Shown here: positions 9,806 through 20,064 of the stretch, piece by piece | Numbering within the stretch: position 1 is the first letter of the stretch | Layout of the letters: every line of letters begins with the position of its first letter | DNA from: Bacteroidota bacterium | GTDB taxonomy: Bacteria; Bacteroidota; Bacteroidia; Bacteroidales; VadinHA17 | Reading direction: 5' to 3' | Assembly (NCBI GenBank): GCA_011042635.1 | Contig: DQWH01000070.1 | Location: 1 to 51,768 of the forward strand | DNA: 51,768 nt | The notes under the pieces: model-generated | What the model was told of the DNA's origin: nothing | What the model saw: the letters and a program-made list of their open reading frames with translations, nothing else | Databases searched by the model: none | Program-made: the position numbers and the translations under genes

Positions 9806-10859
9806 AACCATTCTGATCACCGGCGGGGCCGGGTTTATCGGGTCCCATGTGGTACGGCATTTTGTGAAAAATTACCCGGAATACCGCATTATCAACCTCG
9901 ACCTGCTGACCTATGCGGGAAACCTGGAAAATCTGAAAGACATCGAAAAGGAAAAGAACTATCTCTTCGTCAGGGGGGATATCCGGAACAGGGGAGAAAT
10001 GAAGCGCCTGTTCGAGGAACACCGGCCCGTTGCAGTAATTCATCTGGCGGCCGAGTCGCATGTTGACAGGTCTATATCCGATCCCACCGAATTCATCAGC
10101 ACCAATGTGGTGGGAACCGGCAACCTGCTCACCCTGGCCAGGGATTACTGGAAAGGATCATACGAAGGAAAGGTGTTTTACCATATTTCCACCGACGAAG
10201 TATTCGGTTCGCTGGGCAGGGAGGGAAAATTCCGGGAAGATACCCCCTACGACCCAAAAAGTCCGTATTCAGCCAGCAAGGCGGGTGCAGACCATCTGGT
10301 CAGGGCTTTTTCCCATACGTACGGATTGCCGGCACTGATCAGCAATTGCTCGAACAATTACGGCCCATACCAGTTCCCCGAAAAGCTCATTCCCCTGGCT
10401 ATTTACCGGATCATGAACGGGGAGGAAATTCCCGTATACGGAAAAGGAGAAAACATACGCGACTGGCTGTACGTAGAAGACCATGCCAGGGCTATTGATC
10501 TGCTGTTTCACCGGGGACGGCGGGGAGAAACCTATAATATCGGCGGGAACAATGAATGGAAAAACATTGACCTGCTGAGGTTGTTATGCCGCCTGGCCGA
10601 TGAAAGGCTGGGAAACGATCCCGGCCACTCAGAAGGTCTGATCAGGTTTGTAAAAGACCGGGCGGGGCATGATCTGAGGTATGCCATTGATGCGGAAAAG
10701 ATCAGGAAGGAACTGGGGTGGGAACCCCTGGTAAGTTTTCAGGAAGGGTTGGCAAAAACCCTGGACTGGTACCTTTCACACCGGGAATGGCTGGAGCATG
10801 TCATTACCGGTGAATACCGGCAATATTACAACCGGCAATACTACGACCGGCCTTTTTGA
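9798..10859 (+). CDS. rfbB: dTDP-glucose 4,6-dehydratase
   Basis: GGAGFIGS, LTYAGNL, HLAAESHVDRSI, HISTDEVFG, YSASKA, NCSNNYGPYQFPEKLIP, DRAGHDLRYAID. Confidence 0.95.
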   Translation: MNKTILITGGAGFIGSHVVRHFVKNYPEYRIINLDLLTYAGNLENLKDIEKEKNYLFVRGDIRNRGEMKRLFEEHRPVAVIHLAAESHVDRSISDPTEFISTNVVGTGNLLTLARDYWKGSYEGKVFYHISTDEVFGSLGREGKFREDTPYDPKSPYSASKAGADHLVRAFSHTYGLPALISNCSNNYGPYQFPEKLIPLAIYRIMNGEEIPVYGKGENIRDWLYVEDHARAIDLLFHRGRRGETYNIGGNNEWKNIDLLRLLCRLADERLGNDPGHSEGLIRFVKDRAGHDLRYAIDAEKIRKELGWEPLVSFQEGLAKTLDWYLSHREWLEHVITGEYRQYYNRQYYDRPF

Positions 10860-10871
10860 TGAATCCGGGGA

Positions 10872-12707
10872 TTATTCCACGGTAACCGACTTAGCCAGGT
10901 TTCTGGGCTGGTCTACGTTACATCCCCTCAGCACAGCAATATGATAGGAAAGCAACTGAAGTGGCACCACCGTGGTAAGCGGGGCCAGGGGCACTTCCGT
11001 GCTGGGAACTTCCAGCACATGATCGGCCATTTCGCGGATAACGGTATCGCCTTCCGTCACCACGGCAATCACCACTCCGTTCCTGGCCTTCACTTCCTGA
11101 ATGTTGCTGACGATCTTGTCGTATGACTTGTCTTTGGTGGCGATCACCACTACAGGCATATTTTTATCGATCAACGCAATGGGTCCGTGCTTCATTTCGG
11201 CGGCAGGATAACCTTCCGCATGAATATAGGATATTTCCTTGAGTTTAAGAGCTCCTTCCAGGGCCACCGGGAAAAAATATCCTCTTCCCAGGTAAAGAAA
11301 GTTATTGGCGTCTTTGTACAGAGTGGCAATGTCCCTGTATTTCCCGTTAGCTTCCAGAATCCGTTCTATCTTTTCAGGAATCAATGTCAGTTCGTTGACC
11401 ATTCGCCGGTAATTGGCCTGTGAGAGGGTTTTCCTCCTGTACCCGAGCACCAGGGCCATCATGGTCAGCACCGTAACCTGCGCTGTGAACGCCTTGGTGG
11501 AAGCCACGCCGATCTCGGGTCCGGCATGAGTATAAACCCCACCGTTTGTTTCGCGTGGAATGCTCGATCCCACCACATTGCATATTCCCAGCACCAGGGC
11601 TCCTTTTTTACGGGCCAGCCTGATGGCGGCCAGCGTATCTGCCGTTTCACCACTCTGGCTGATAGCGATCACCACATCCTGTTTGGTAATCAGCGGATTC
11701 CGGTACCTGAATTCTGAGGCATATTCCACCTCCACGGGGATGCGCGCAAAATCCTCAAAAAGATATTCGCCCACCAGGGCTGCATGCCACGAAGTACCGC
11801 AACCCACCATGATGATGCGCTGGGCTGCCAGCAAACGGTCCATAACCTGATACAGTCCCCCCAGATGGATTTCCTTTTTGTCGCCGGAAACCCTTCCCCG
11901 GAAAGTATCGAGGATGGAACGGGGTTGTTCGAATATTTCCTTGAGCATAAAATGGTCAAACCCGTTCTTGTCAATCTCACCGATATCCAGGTCGACGGTG
12001 TGTACCACCGGGGCCTGAGGCACATTTTTCAGGTTCTTTAAAATCAGCTCATCCCGGCTGATCACGGCCACGTCATTGTCATTGAGATAGATCACACTTT
12101 TGGTATGTTCCACGATGGGAGTAGCATCGGAGGCCACAAAATATTCGCCTTCGCCCACGCCAATTACCAGAGGGCTTCCTTTGCGGGCAGCAATCAGCTT
12201 ATCGGGCTCATCCACACACATAATCACCAGCCCGTAGGCGCCGATCACCTTGGTCAGGGCCAGTCTGACGGCAATGTCAGCAGAAAGTTTGCCCTTCAGG
12301 TAAATGTATTCAATCAGATTAGCCAGAACCTCTGTATCGGTTTCACTGGTAAAGGTATACCCCCTGCTACTGAGTTTCTCTTTGAGACGGGCGTAATTTT
12401 CAATAATCCCGTTATGAATCACTACAAATTTCCCGTTCATCGAACGGTGCGGGTGGGCATTCACATCGTTGGGTTCGCCGTGGGTAGCCCATCGGGTATG
12501 GCCAATTCCCACATTGCCGCTGATATCCCTGCTGGTGACGAAACTTTCCAGCCGGGACACTTTCCCCTGGCATTTGTATATCTTGATCTGGTTATCAAGG
12601 AGGGATATTCCTGCCGAATCGTATCCCCTGTATTCGAGCCGTTTCAGTCCATTGATCAAAATAGGATAGGCCTCCTTGTTTCCGATGTAACCTACAATTC
12701 CACACAT
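10872..12707 (-). CDS. glmS: Glutamine--fructose-6-phosphate transaminase (isomerizing)
   Basis: N-terminal MCGIVG nucleophile, LEYRGYDSAG, GHTRWATHG, SQSGETADT, ALKLKEISYIHAEG, PRNLAKSVTVE. Confidence 0.98.
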   Translation of the reverse strand: MCGIVGYIGNKEAYPILINGLKRLEYRGYDSAGISLLDNQIKIYKCQGKVSRLESFVTSRDISGNVGIGHTRWATHGEPNDVNAHPHRSMNGKFVVIHNGIIENYARLKEKLSSRGYTFTSETDTEVLANLIEYIYLKGKLSADIAVRLALTKVIGAYGLVIMCVDEPDKLIAARKGSPLVIGVGEGEYFVASDATPIVEHTKSVIYLNDNDVAVISRDELILKNLKNVPQAPVVHTVDLDIGEIDKNGFDHFMLKEIFEQPRSILDTFRGRVSGDKKEIHLGGLYQVMDRLLAAQRIIMVGCGTSWHAALVGEYLFEDFARIPVEVEYASEFRYRNPLITKQDVVIAISQSGETADTLAAIRLARKKGALVLGICNVVGSSIPRETNGGVYTHAGPEIGVASTKAFTAQVTVLTMMALVLGYRRKTLSQANYRRMVNELTLIPEKIERILEANGKYRDIATLYKDANNFLYLGRGYFFPVALEGALKLKEISYIHAEGYPAAEMKHGPIALIDKNMPVVVIATKDKSYDKIVSNIQEVKARNGVVIAVVTEGDTVIREMADHVLEVPSTEVPLAPLTTVVPLQLLSYHIAVLRGCNVDQPRNLAKSVTVE

Positions 12708-12747
12708 AGTACAGGAATTTTTGGTACAATAAATATGTTGCCTTCTT

Positions 12748-14028
12748 TCAGAATGCAGTATAATACACCTTCAAAGTTGCCGGCCTGGAGTTATTGCCCG
12801 AGGTCAGGACCACCCGGTGCGGAGTGGTAGTGTATTCATTGGCTCTGATATACATGTCGATATGATCCCTGTTCCCCAGCAGGAAATCCTTGTAAAAATC
12901 CGTGATATTGAAAACATACTCTTTCCGCTGCATGTCATAATATCCCCCGAAATATTCTTCCCCCAGGCCTTTATCCGGAAGATAGAGCAACCGGTTATCC
13001 TCGGCCCTGTAAAGAGCGATCAGACGCGAAGCGGGTTCCAGAACCGTGGCCGTAGGATCGTGGTTTTCAACGGGAAGAGTAAGCGTGACCTTGTTCACGG
13101 CTCCGGGGATCCTGTCTGTCCAGTTTTCCTGAAAAGGAAAATGGAGATAAGTTTCCACACCCGCCAGTCCCTGTACATAACAAACCGAATCTTTGAAACC
13201 GGTACCGATGTGCTGAATCTTGAGCAGAGGATCGGCCTGGGAAAGATCTTTCCGGTAGATATTGATCCGTGCACTGGAGGAGTTGATCAGGAAGCTGTTA
13301 TCCAGCGAATCGGCACTTGCATTGGAATAGTACACATCCACCCGGCTTTCTTCCGAGAGAAGATCAAACGCAACCAGGGTCCCGTCGCCCGAAATTTTTT
13401 CCGCACTGATATGAAACCCGTAAAAATGTTCCCTGAAATTCGACTGGGATGAAAGAGCCAGGGAATCCTCAATCAGTTTATTCCCTATCATAGGATCGAG
13501 GGTGCACTGGATAAGGGTATCAGCTGAAGAAAAGGTGGTAGTACCCACCAGGTAGCCCGAGAGATAGGGTGTCGGATCCATATTGGAATAATAAGTGGAA
13601 TCGACATCGATGGGCTGTATCAATTCCCGGATATTGAGCTGGTATTCGGTTTCGCCCATTCCGTACCGTTCATTTACCTTCAGATAAATAACAGCCGAAT
13701 CCAGTTCCGGATCCACTCCCGGATAGAAATACAATCCGGAAAGGACAATCTGGGTCATGAAAGAAGCTTCGACTGCACCGAACACAGGATCGACCATTTC
13801 GCCCACCAGTGAATACAAATTTTCATCGCTTCTTACCGAGTCGACGGAAAGGGTGTAAGCTTCCACTGTCATCGTATCGAAACAGGCCAGCAGGGGCCGG
13901 TCGGCGTCCGGTTGAATGGTAAGACCGATAGTCCCCGGCTCCTTTTCACAGCGGGTAAACAAAAGGGATATGATCATACCGCCAAACAACACCGGGGAAA
14001 TCTGGCGGAAGAATTTATTTTGAATCAT
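12748..14028 (-). CDS. DUF4270-like lipoprotein
   Basis: Signal peptide with LFTRC lipobox; VGEMVDPVFG, YVQGLAG, YVFNIT, LKVYYT; usual Bacteroidota position between the glycogen-synthase-like gene and glmS. Confidence 0.72.
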   Translation of the reverse strand: MIQNKFFRQISPVLFGGMIISLLFTRCEKEPGTIGLTIQPDADRPLLACFDTMTVEAYTLSVDSVRSDENLYSLVGEMVDPVFGAVEASFMTQIVLSGLYFYPGVDPELDSAVIYLKVNERYGMGETEYQLNIRELIQPIDVDSTYYSNMDPTPYLSGYLVGTTTFSSADTLIQCTLDPMIGNKLIEDSLALSSQSNFREHFYGFHISAEKISGDGTLVAFDLLSEESRVDVYYSNASADSLDNSFLINSSSARINIYRKDLSQADPLLKIQHIGTGFKDSVCYVQGLAGVETYLHFPFQENWTDRIPGAVNKVTLTLPVENHDPTATVLEPASRLIALYRAEDNRLLYLPDKGLGEEYFGGYYDMQRKEYVFNITDFYKDFLLGNRDHIDMYIRANEYTTTPHRVVLTSGNNSRPATLKVYYTAF

Positions 14029-14845
14029 GTATTTTCTGGCTTAGCAATTCGTCGTAAAAATCTGAATACACATCAATGTATTTGTCCTCAGGTTGAAAAT
14101 CCAGGAATTTTTTCCCGGACTTTTTGATAAACGAAAGCAGGGTCGGATCTATTGTCTCGCTTCCCTGGATCACGGCATCGGACATTTCGATGGCCAGCTT
14201 GTTCAGGCCGGTGAAATCGGCCTTTTTTTCGACATGCTTCAGATCACCGGGTTTAATCCCTTCAAAATTCACTTTTCGTGTAAAGAACGGATCAAGAGGT
14301 TGACGGAATGAGCGGTCATAAACTGAATAAATTACTCTGGAATCGGAAAAAATGGGATCGTCGCGGTACGATTTTTTCACATATAGGGGGATCAGGGATG
14401 AGAACCATCCGTGACAGTGAATGATGTGCGGCGGCCATCTTAGTTTTTTCACCGTTTCAAGCACTCCGCGGGCAAAAAAGATGAGGCGTTCGTCATTGTC
14501 GGCAAATTCCTTCCCTTCGTCATCGGCATACTCGAATTTCCGGTGAAAGTAATCTTCATTGTCAATAAAATACACCTGCATTCTGGCGGCCTGAATGGAT
14601 GCCACCTTAATGATAAGGGGATGGTCGGCATCGTCAATAATCAGGTTCATTCCCGAAAGCCGGATCACTTCATGCAGCTGGTTTCTTCTTTCGTTAATAC
14701 ATCCGAACCGGGGCATGAAAGTACGTATTTCTCTCCCCTTTTCCTGGATTCCCTGGGGCAGGTACCTGCCTATACGGGAAATCTGATCCTCTGGAAGATA
14801 AGGGGTGATTGCCTGGGAAATAAATAATATTCTTTTGCTTTTCAT
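14015..14845 (-). CDS. Glycogen/starch synthase N-terminal-domain-only protein (Glyco_transf_5-like)
   Basis: EIRTFMPRFGCINERRNQLHEVIRLSGMN, QVYFIDNEDYF, DNDERLIFF, IIHCHGW; only 276 aa. Confidence 0.85.
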   Translation of the reverse strand: MKSKRILFISQAITPYLPEDQISRIGRYLPQGIQEKGREIRTFMPRFGCINERRNQLHEVIRLSGMNLIIDDADHPLIIKVASIQAARMQVYFIDNEDYFHRKFEYADDEGKEFADNDERLIFFARGVLETVKKLRWPPHIIHCHGWFSSLIPLYVKKSYRDDPIFSDSRVIYSVYDRSFRQPLDPFFTRKVNFEGIKPGDLKHVEKKADFTGLNKLAIEMSDAVIQGSETIDPTLLSFIKKSGKKFLDFQPEDKYIDVYSDFYDELLSQKIHDSK

Positions 14846-14875
14846 CTAGCGGAACCGTTGTGCCGAAATGTTTTG

Positions 14876-14883
14876 CAAAATTA
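14876..14883 (-). promoter_or_regulatory. -7 promoter element for the GT5-like/DUF4270/glmS operon
   Basis: TAATTTTG on the minus strand ~30 nt upstream of the ATG. Confidence 0.6.
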
Positions 14884-14992
14884 GTAAAAATTCTTGATAC
14901 ATCCCGTGATCGGTTCCGAAAGCTTCCCTGCACAGCTCCGGCCCGGTCGTGTTATCCGTTCTGTTAACTTGACAACCGGTTGAATTATTGGT

Positions 14993-15000
14993 TATATTTG
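14993..15000 (+). promoter_or_regulatory. -7 promoter element for panC
   Basis: TATATTTG(CAG), 20 nt upstream of ATG 15021. Confidence 0.6.
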
Positions 15001-15020
15001 CAGCACCGAAGAAACAACGC

Positions 15021-15869
15021 ATGCATCTGTTCACCGACAACCGATCCATCCGTGAATACCTGTCATCCTGGCTGGCAAAAGGAAAGACGGCAGGACTGGT
15101 TCCCACCATGGGAGCTCTTCACAGGGGACATCTCTCACTGGTAAACCGTGCCCTGAGTGAGAACAAGGTGGTGGTGGTGAGCATATTCGTGAATCCCACC
15201 CAGTTCAATGACCCTGACGATTTTCGCAGGTATCCGTGCAACCCGGAGCAAGACATATCCATCTTGCGGAAAATAATGCGTGAAGAAGATGCGGTTTTCC
15301 ATCCTCCGGCAAAAGAGATCTACCCTGAACCCGATACCCGGACTTTTGATTTCGGCGGTCTGGACCGCTTTATGGAAGGTGCATATCGGCCCGGACATTT
15401 CAACGGGGTAGCTCAGGTGGTTACCAGGCTTTTCGAAATTCTGAAACCCACCCGGGCATATTTCGGAGAAAAAGATTTTCAGCAATTGGCCATTATCCGG
15501 CACATTACTGAAAATCTGAATATTCCGATCAAGATCGTGGCCTGTCCTATTGTGAGGGAACCCGACGGCCTGGCCATGAGTTCGAGAAACGTTTTGCTCA
15601 CTTCCGAAGAACGGCAAACGGCCGCGTCCATATCCCGCACGCTGTTCAGCGCCAGGGACATGCGGCAGAAGGCTTCCTTACCGAAAGTAAAACAGTGGGT
15701 AACGGAGCGTCTCAACGAATTGCCGGGCATGGAAGTGGAATATTTTGAAATTGTGGATGACCGGACCCTGGCTCCTCTCAGCCAGTGGCAAAAAAACAAA
15801 GGCATGGTGGGATGCATTGCGGTTAAGCTGGGTAAGGTGCGCTTGATAGACAATATCAGATTTTCTTAG
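15021..15869 (+). CDS. panC: Pantoate--beta-alanine ligase
   Basis: VPTMGALHRGH, SIFVNPTQF, RPGHFNGV, FGEKDFQQL, GLAMSSRN, RLIDN; ATG 15021 chosen downstream of the promoter. Confidence 0.96.
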   Translation: MHLFTDNRSIREYLSSWLAKGKTAGLVPTMGALHRGHLSLVNRALSENKVVVVSIFVNPTQFNDPDDFRRYPCNPEQDISILRKIMREEDAVFHPPAKEIYPEPDTRTFDFGGLDRFMEGAYRPGHFNGVAQVVTRLFEILKPTRAYFGEKDFQQLAIIRHITENLNIPIKIVACPIVREPDGLAMSSRNVLLTSEERQTAASISRTLFSARDMRQKASLPKVKQWVTERLNELPGMEVEYFEIVDDRTLAPLSQWQKNKGMVGCIAVKLGKVRLIDNIRFS

Positions 15870-15884
15870 TAAATTTGCAGAGTT

Positions 15885-16232
15885 ATGAATATTGAAGTCC
15901 TCAAATCGAAAATCCACATGGTCACCGTAACCGATGCCAACCTGCACTATGTAGGGAGCATCACTATCGATGAGGACCTCATGGATGCAGCCAATCTTAT
16001 TGAGAATGAAAAGGTGCAGGTTCTGAACCTCAACAACGGGGAAAGGCTCGATACATACGTGATCAAGGGGAAAAGGGGGTCGGGAGAGATTGTTATGAAC
16101 GGGCCCGCCGCCAGAAAAGTCACCGTGGGTGATGTGGTGATCATTATTTCGTACGCGATGATGGATTTTGAGGAAGCCAAACATTTTCGTCCCGTTATTG
16201 TATTTCCCGATACTGCTACCAACAAACTGTAA
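15885..16232 (+). CDS. panD: Aspartate 1-decarboxylase
   Basis: [13 protein letters not shown] (G-S autocleavage site), [24 protein letters not shown]. Confidence 0.96.
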   Translation: MNIEVLKSKIHMVTVTDANLHYVGSITIDEDLMDAANLIENEKVQVLNLNNGERLDTYVIKGKRGSGEIVMNGPAARKVTVGDVVIIISYAMMDFEEAKHFRPVIVFPDTATNKL

Positions 16233-16238
16233 AGATAG

Positions 16239-17267
16239 GTGACCGGCTTTCGACAGAAACTTTTCAGAGGGTTTCAGTTTCTTCTATTCCTGTTGATTGG
16301 TTTAGTCCTGCTGTATTTTGCCTTCCGGGGTATTCGCTTTTCGGCATTTCTGGAAGAACTGATCCATGCCCGTTACGCATGGGTGGTTGCTTCTCTGTCT
16401 TTCGGCCTGATCTCCCACCTCCTGAGGGCCGCCCGATGGAACCTGCTGATAGAACCCCTGGGATACAGGCCAGGCCTGAAAAACACATTTCTGGCGGTAA
16501 TGACCGGTTACCTGGCCAACTATGCTTTCCCCCGTATCGGAGAAATTACCCGGTGTGCGGCCCTGAACAGGAAAAGCAAGGTGCCGGTGGACCAGCTGCT
16601 GGGCACAGTAGTGGCCGAACGTGCCGTTGACTTCCTCATGCTGATTGTGCTGTTTCTCCTGGTATTCTTTATGAAGATCCATTTTTTCGGATCTTTCATA
16701 CGGAAAACCATTTTCCTTCCCACGTACGAAAGTGTAAGGGAGGCATATCTGTCGCGGCCGGTGCTGTGGATCGTCCTGGCATCCCTGCTGCTTTCTTCCC
16801 TGGCCGCCCTGATCCTTTTCCGTCGTCAGATCATGCGTATCAGGGGATTTTCAAAGATCAGGGAAGTAATACAGGGGGTCATAACAGGAATCCGCTCGGT
16901 ATTTCGTATGAAAAAAAGGGGGGTATTTTTATTGTACACCTTCCTGGTATGGGCCATGTATTTTCTGATGACATGGGTGGTATTTTTTACCATTCCCGCC
17001 ACCCACAGCCTGGGCCCGGCCGATGGGCTTTTTATTCTGGTTTTCGGTACTATCGGAATGACGCTGCCCGTACAGGGCGGGATCGGCACTTATCATCTGC
17101 TGGTAAGCCTGGGGCTTTCACTGTATGGCATACCCCGTGAAGACGGACTGGTCTATGCCATCATTTCGCATGAATCACAAACACTCCTGGTCCTGATCGT
17201 TGGGGGAATTTCCATGTTTTTGGTATTTTTCGGAAAAAGAAATATCAGCCGTATAAACATATCATGA
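16239..17267 (+). CDS. Lysylphosphatidylglycerol synthase TM-region / flippase-like membrane protein
   Basis: LRAARWNLL, GYLANYAFPRIGEITRC, GTVVAERAVD, PVQGGIGTYH; multiple TM segments. Confidence 0.82.
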   Translation: MTGFRQKLFRGFQFLLFLLIGLVLLYFAFRGIRFSAFLEELIHARYAWVVASLSFGLISHLLRAARWNLLIEPLGYRPGLKNTFLAVMTGYLANYAFPRIGEITRCAALNRKSKVPVDQLLGTVVAERAVDFLMLIVLFLLVFFMKIHFFGSFIRKTIFLPTYESVREAYLSRPVLWIVLASLLLSSLAALILFRRQIMRIRGFSKIREVIQGVITGIRSVFRMKKRGVFLLYTFLVWAMYFLMTWVVFFTIPATHSLGPADGLFILVFGTIGMTLPVQGGIGTYHLLVSLGLSLYGIPREDGLVYAIISHESQTLLVLIVGGISMFLVFFGKRNISRINIS

Positions 17268-17758
17268 TGAACAGGTACATGCAATCGGCAAGGAGAAAAA
17301 TCCTGCAGAAAGAGGATCTGGTCCGTATGCTGGCCATCTGGCGATTCAAGGAACATCGCATCGTGTTTACAAACGGGTGTTTCGATATCCTGCACCGGGG
17401 GCACCTGGAATATTTGAGTGAAGCCGCCTCACTGGGAGATGTACTGATCGTCGGTATGAATTCCGATCGGTCGGTAAGAAATCTGAAAGGGGAAAACCGC
17501 CCCGTACAGGACGAAGAAACCCGGGCCCTGGCGCTGGCCATGCTTCCGATGGTAAAAGCCGTAGTTATGTTCAGCGAACCCACCCCGGAAGAACTCATCC
17601 GGGTGGTAAAACCCGATATTCTGATCAAGGGGGGTGATTACCGGGAAGAGGAGATTGCCGGTGCGGAAACCGTGCGGCAATCGGGCGGACAGGTGGTGAT
17701 CCTTCCTTTTATCGAAGGACATTCTACCAGTAAGATCATTGAAAAGCTCAGGGGTTGA
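17264..17758 (+). CDS. rfaE2: D-glycero-beta-D-manno-heptose 1-phosphate adenylyltransferase-like (stand-alone RfaE domain II)
   Basis: VFTNGCFDILHRGH (HxGH), NSDRSVRNLKGENRP, PDILIKGGDY, STSKII. Confidence 0.88.
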   Translation: MMNRYMQSARRKILQKEDLVRMLAIWRFKEHRIVFTNGCFDILHRGHLEYLSEAASLGDVLIVGMNSDRSVRNLKGENRPVQDEETRALALAMLPMVKAVVMFSEPTPEELIRVVKPDILIKGGDYREEEIAGAETVRQSGGQVVILPFIEGHSTSKIIEKLRG

Positions 17759-17770
17759 AAACACCGACGC

Positions 17771-19132
17771 ATGGCCGAACACAAAACGGTGTTTGTATGT
17801 CAGCTTTGCGGTGCCACTTCTCCGAAATGGATCGGAAGATGTCCTTCCTGCCATGAATGGAATACCTATGTGGAAGAAGTGTTGGTCAAAGACCATTCGC
17901 AGCACGGTTCACGACCTCCCCTGCAAAAAAATGCTCCTGTTCCCCTCACGAAAATTTCCCCCGACGGGGAGCCCCGTATCTCCCTACCCATCAATGAACT
18001 GAACCGCGTTCTGGGCGGAGGGCTTGTCCCGGGTTCGGTGGTGCTGATCGGAGGAGAGCCAGGCATAGGCAAATCTACCCTGGCCCTGCAACTGGCCCTG
18101 CAGCTCAAAAATGCAAAAACATTGTATGTGTCAGGCGAAGAAAGTCTTTCACAGATCCGTTTCAGGGCCGGACGCATGGACATGCAGAACGAATCGTGCT
18201 TTTTCCTGTCGGAAACCTCCCTGGAAAATATCCTGAGCCATCTGCAGCATACGGAACCCGACCTGGTTATTATCGATTCCATCCAGACCCTATATACCGA
18301 AAGGGTGGAATCGTCCCCCGGCAGCGTGTCGCAGGTAAGAGAGTGCTCCAACCAGCTGCTCAGGCACGCCAAGGAAAACAATCTTTCCGTATTCCTCATC
18401 GGACATATCAACAAGGAAGGAGCCCTTGCCGGGCCTAAGGTGCTGGAGCACATTGTTGACACGGTTCTCCAGTTCGAAGGCGACCACCATCATCTGTACC
18501 GTATCCTTCGGACGGTCAAGAACCGTTTCGGAAGCACAAGCGAACTGGGAATTTTCGAAATGCAACAGGACGGACTGAAGGAAGTACTGAACCCTTCTGA
18601 GCACCTCATCACACAGCACGATGAAAATCTGAGCGGTTCGGCTGTGGGAGCCACCATCGACGGGATCCGTCCTTTTTTGATCGAAACCCAGGCCCTGGTC
18701 AGTTCGGCGGTATACGGCACTCCCCAGCGTTCAGGCACCGGCTTTGACGCAAGACGACTGAACATGCTACTGGCCGTACTGGAAAAACGGGCCGGTTTCA
18801 GGCTGGGAGCCAGCGACGTTTTCCTGAACATAGCCGGAGGCATCCGGGTACAGGATCCGGCACTGGATCTGGCTGTGGTAACGGCCATTCTTTCCTCCAG
18901 CCTGGACGTTCCCGTTTCAAAAAAGATCTGTTTCTCGGCTGAAGTGGGCCTTTCAGGAGAAATCAGGCCGGTGAGCCGTATCGATATCCGGATCAGGGAA
19001 GCAACCCGCCTGAGATTCGAAAAAGTGGTCATATCCAGGTACAATGCCCGGGGGCTGCCCAAACCGGAAGGAAATACGGAAGTTATCGCCATCAACCGGA
19101 TAGAAGATCTGGTGAAAAAGATATTCCGGTAA
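17771..19132 (+). CDS. radA: DNA repair protein RadA/Sms
   Basis: CQLC...CPSC Zn finger, GGEPGIGKST Walker A, IDSIQT, KNRFG, Lon-like C-terminus. Confidence 0.97.
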   Translation: MAEHKTVFVCQLCGATSPKWIGRCPSCHEWNTYVEEVLVKDHSQHGSRPPLQKNAPVPLTKISPDGEPRISLPINELNRVLGGGLVPGSVVLIGGEPGIGKSTLALQLALQLKNAKTLYVSGEESLSQIRFRAGRMDMQNESCFFLSETSLENILSHLQHTEPDLVIIDSIQTLYTERVESSPGSVSQVRECSNQLLRHAKENNLSVFLIGHINKEGALAGPKVLEHIVDTVLQFEGDHHHLYRILRTVKNRFGSTSELGIFEMQQDGLKEVLNPSEHLITQHDENLSGSAVGATIDGIRPFLIETQALVSSAVYGTPQRSGTGFDARRLNMLLAVLEKRAGFRLGASDVFLNIAGGIRVQDPALDLAVVTAILSSSLDVPVSKKICFSAEVGLSGEIRPVSRIDIRIREATRLRFEKVVISRYNARGLPKPEGNTEVIAINRIEDLVKKIFR

Positions 19133-19173
19133 TAGATCAAGTAATATACCGATACCTGTAAAACAAACCCGTT

Positions 19174-20034
19174 ATGAAGTACTGCATTACTGCCCTTGTT
19201 CTTATTCTTTCGTTATCCTGCCGGCAAAGGCATGAATCCGGCGAGTCATCCCTTACCGTCATGTCGTTCAACATCCGCCTCGATACACCGTCCGACGGGG
19301 ATAATGCATGGCCGTACCGGAAAGAAATGGTGGCCAGCATGATCCGTTTTCACCGGGCCGACGTGGCCGGAATGCAGGAGGTTCTGCACCATCAGGTAAC
19401 ACAACTTGATTCGCTTCTGCATGATTATGACTGGATCGGCACAGGGCGGGATGACGGAGCCCGGGAAGGAGAATATTCCCCTATTTTTTATAATAAAGAA
19501 AAACTGGAATGTCTGCTGAACGGCCAGTTCTGGTTGTCTGAAAATCCCGACACCCCGGGAATAGGCTGGGATGCCGCCTACCCCCGGATTGTAACCTGGG
19601 GCAAATTCAGGAACCGGCATAACAGAAAAACCTTCTATCATTTCAATACCCATTTTGACCATCTAGGCCAGACGGCCAGGAAAGAAAGCGCCAGGCTCAT
19701 TAAACGGAAAATCCAGGAAATTGCCGGGGATGCTCCGGTCGTTCTCACCGGCGATTTCAATTCCCTCCCTTCCTCGGAGCCTTACCGGATCCTGACAGAT
19801 TTGGAAGAAGACCTGCATCTGACCGACGCATATCTGGCCTGCAGCGAACCCCCGCACGGACCCGACGGTAGCTGGAGCGGGTTTCACATAGCCGGAGAGC
19901 CCGGACAGAGGATTGATTATATATTTGTTTCAGCGGGAGTCCCTATCCTGAGATACGGAATACTTAGTGATTCATGGTCGGGGAAATTCCCTTCCGACCA
20001 TCTCCCGGTTCTGGCCGATATAAAATTTCATTAA
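19174..20034 (+). CDS. Endonuclease/exonuclease/phosphatase family protein, probably exported (lipoprotein)
   Basis: MSFNIR, GMQE, NTHFDH, GDFN, RIDYIF, SDHLPV; LSLSC lipobox-like. Confidence 0.88.
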   Translation: MKYCITALVLILSLSCRQRHESGESSLTVMSFNIRLDTPSDGDNAWPYRKEMVASMIRFHRADVAGMQEVLHHQVTQLDSLLHDYDWIGTGRDDGAREGEYSPIFYNKEKLECLLNGQFWLSENPDTPGIGWDAAYPRIVTWGKFRNRHNRKTFYHFNTHFDHLGQTARKESARLIKRKIQEIAGDAPVVLTGDFNSLPSSEPYRILTDLEEDLHLTDAYLACSEPPHGPDGSWSGFHIAGEPGQRIDYIFVSAGVPILRYGILSDSWSGKFPSDHLPVLADIKFH

Positions 20035-20064
20035 TTCTTCCTTATCTTTAAAAAAACTACCGTT

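Noticed and set aside
12708-12747. glmS ribozyme upstream of glmS
   Set aside because: The gap is only 40 nt and glmS appears operonic; no room for the ribozyme fold
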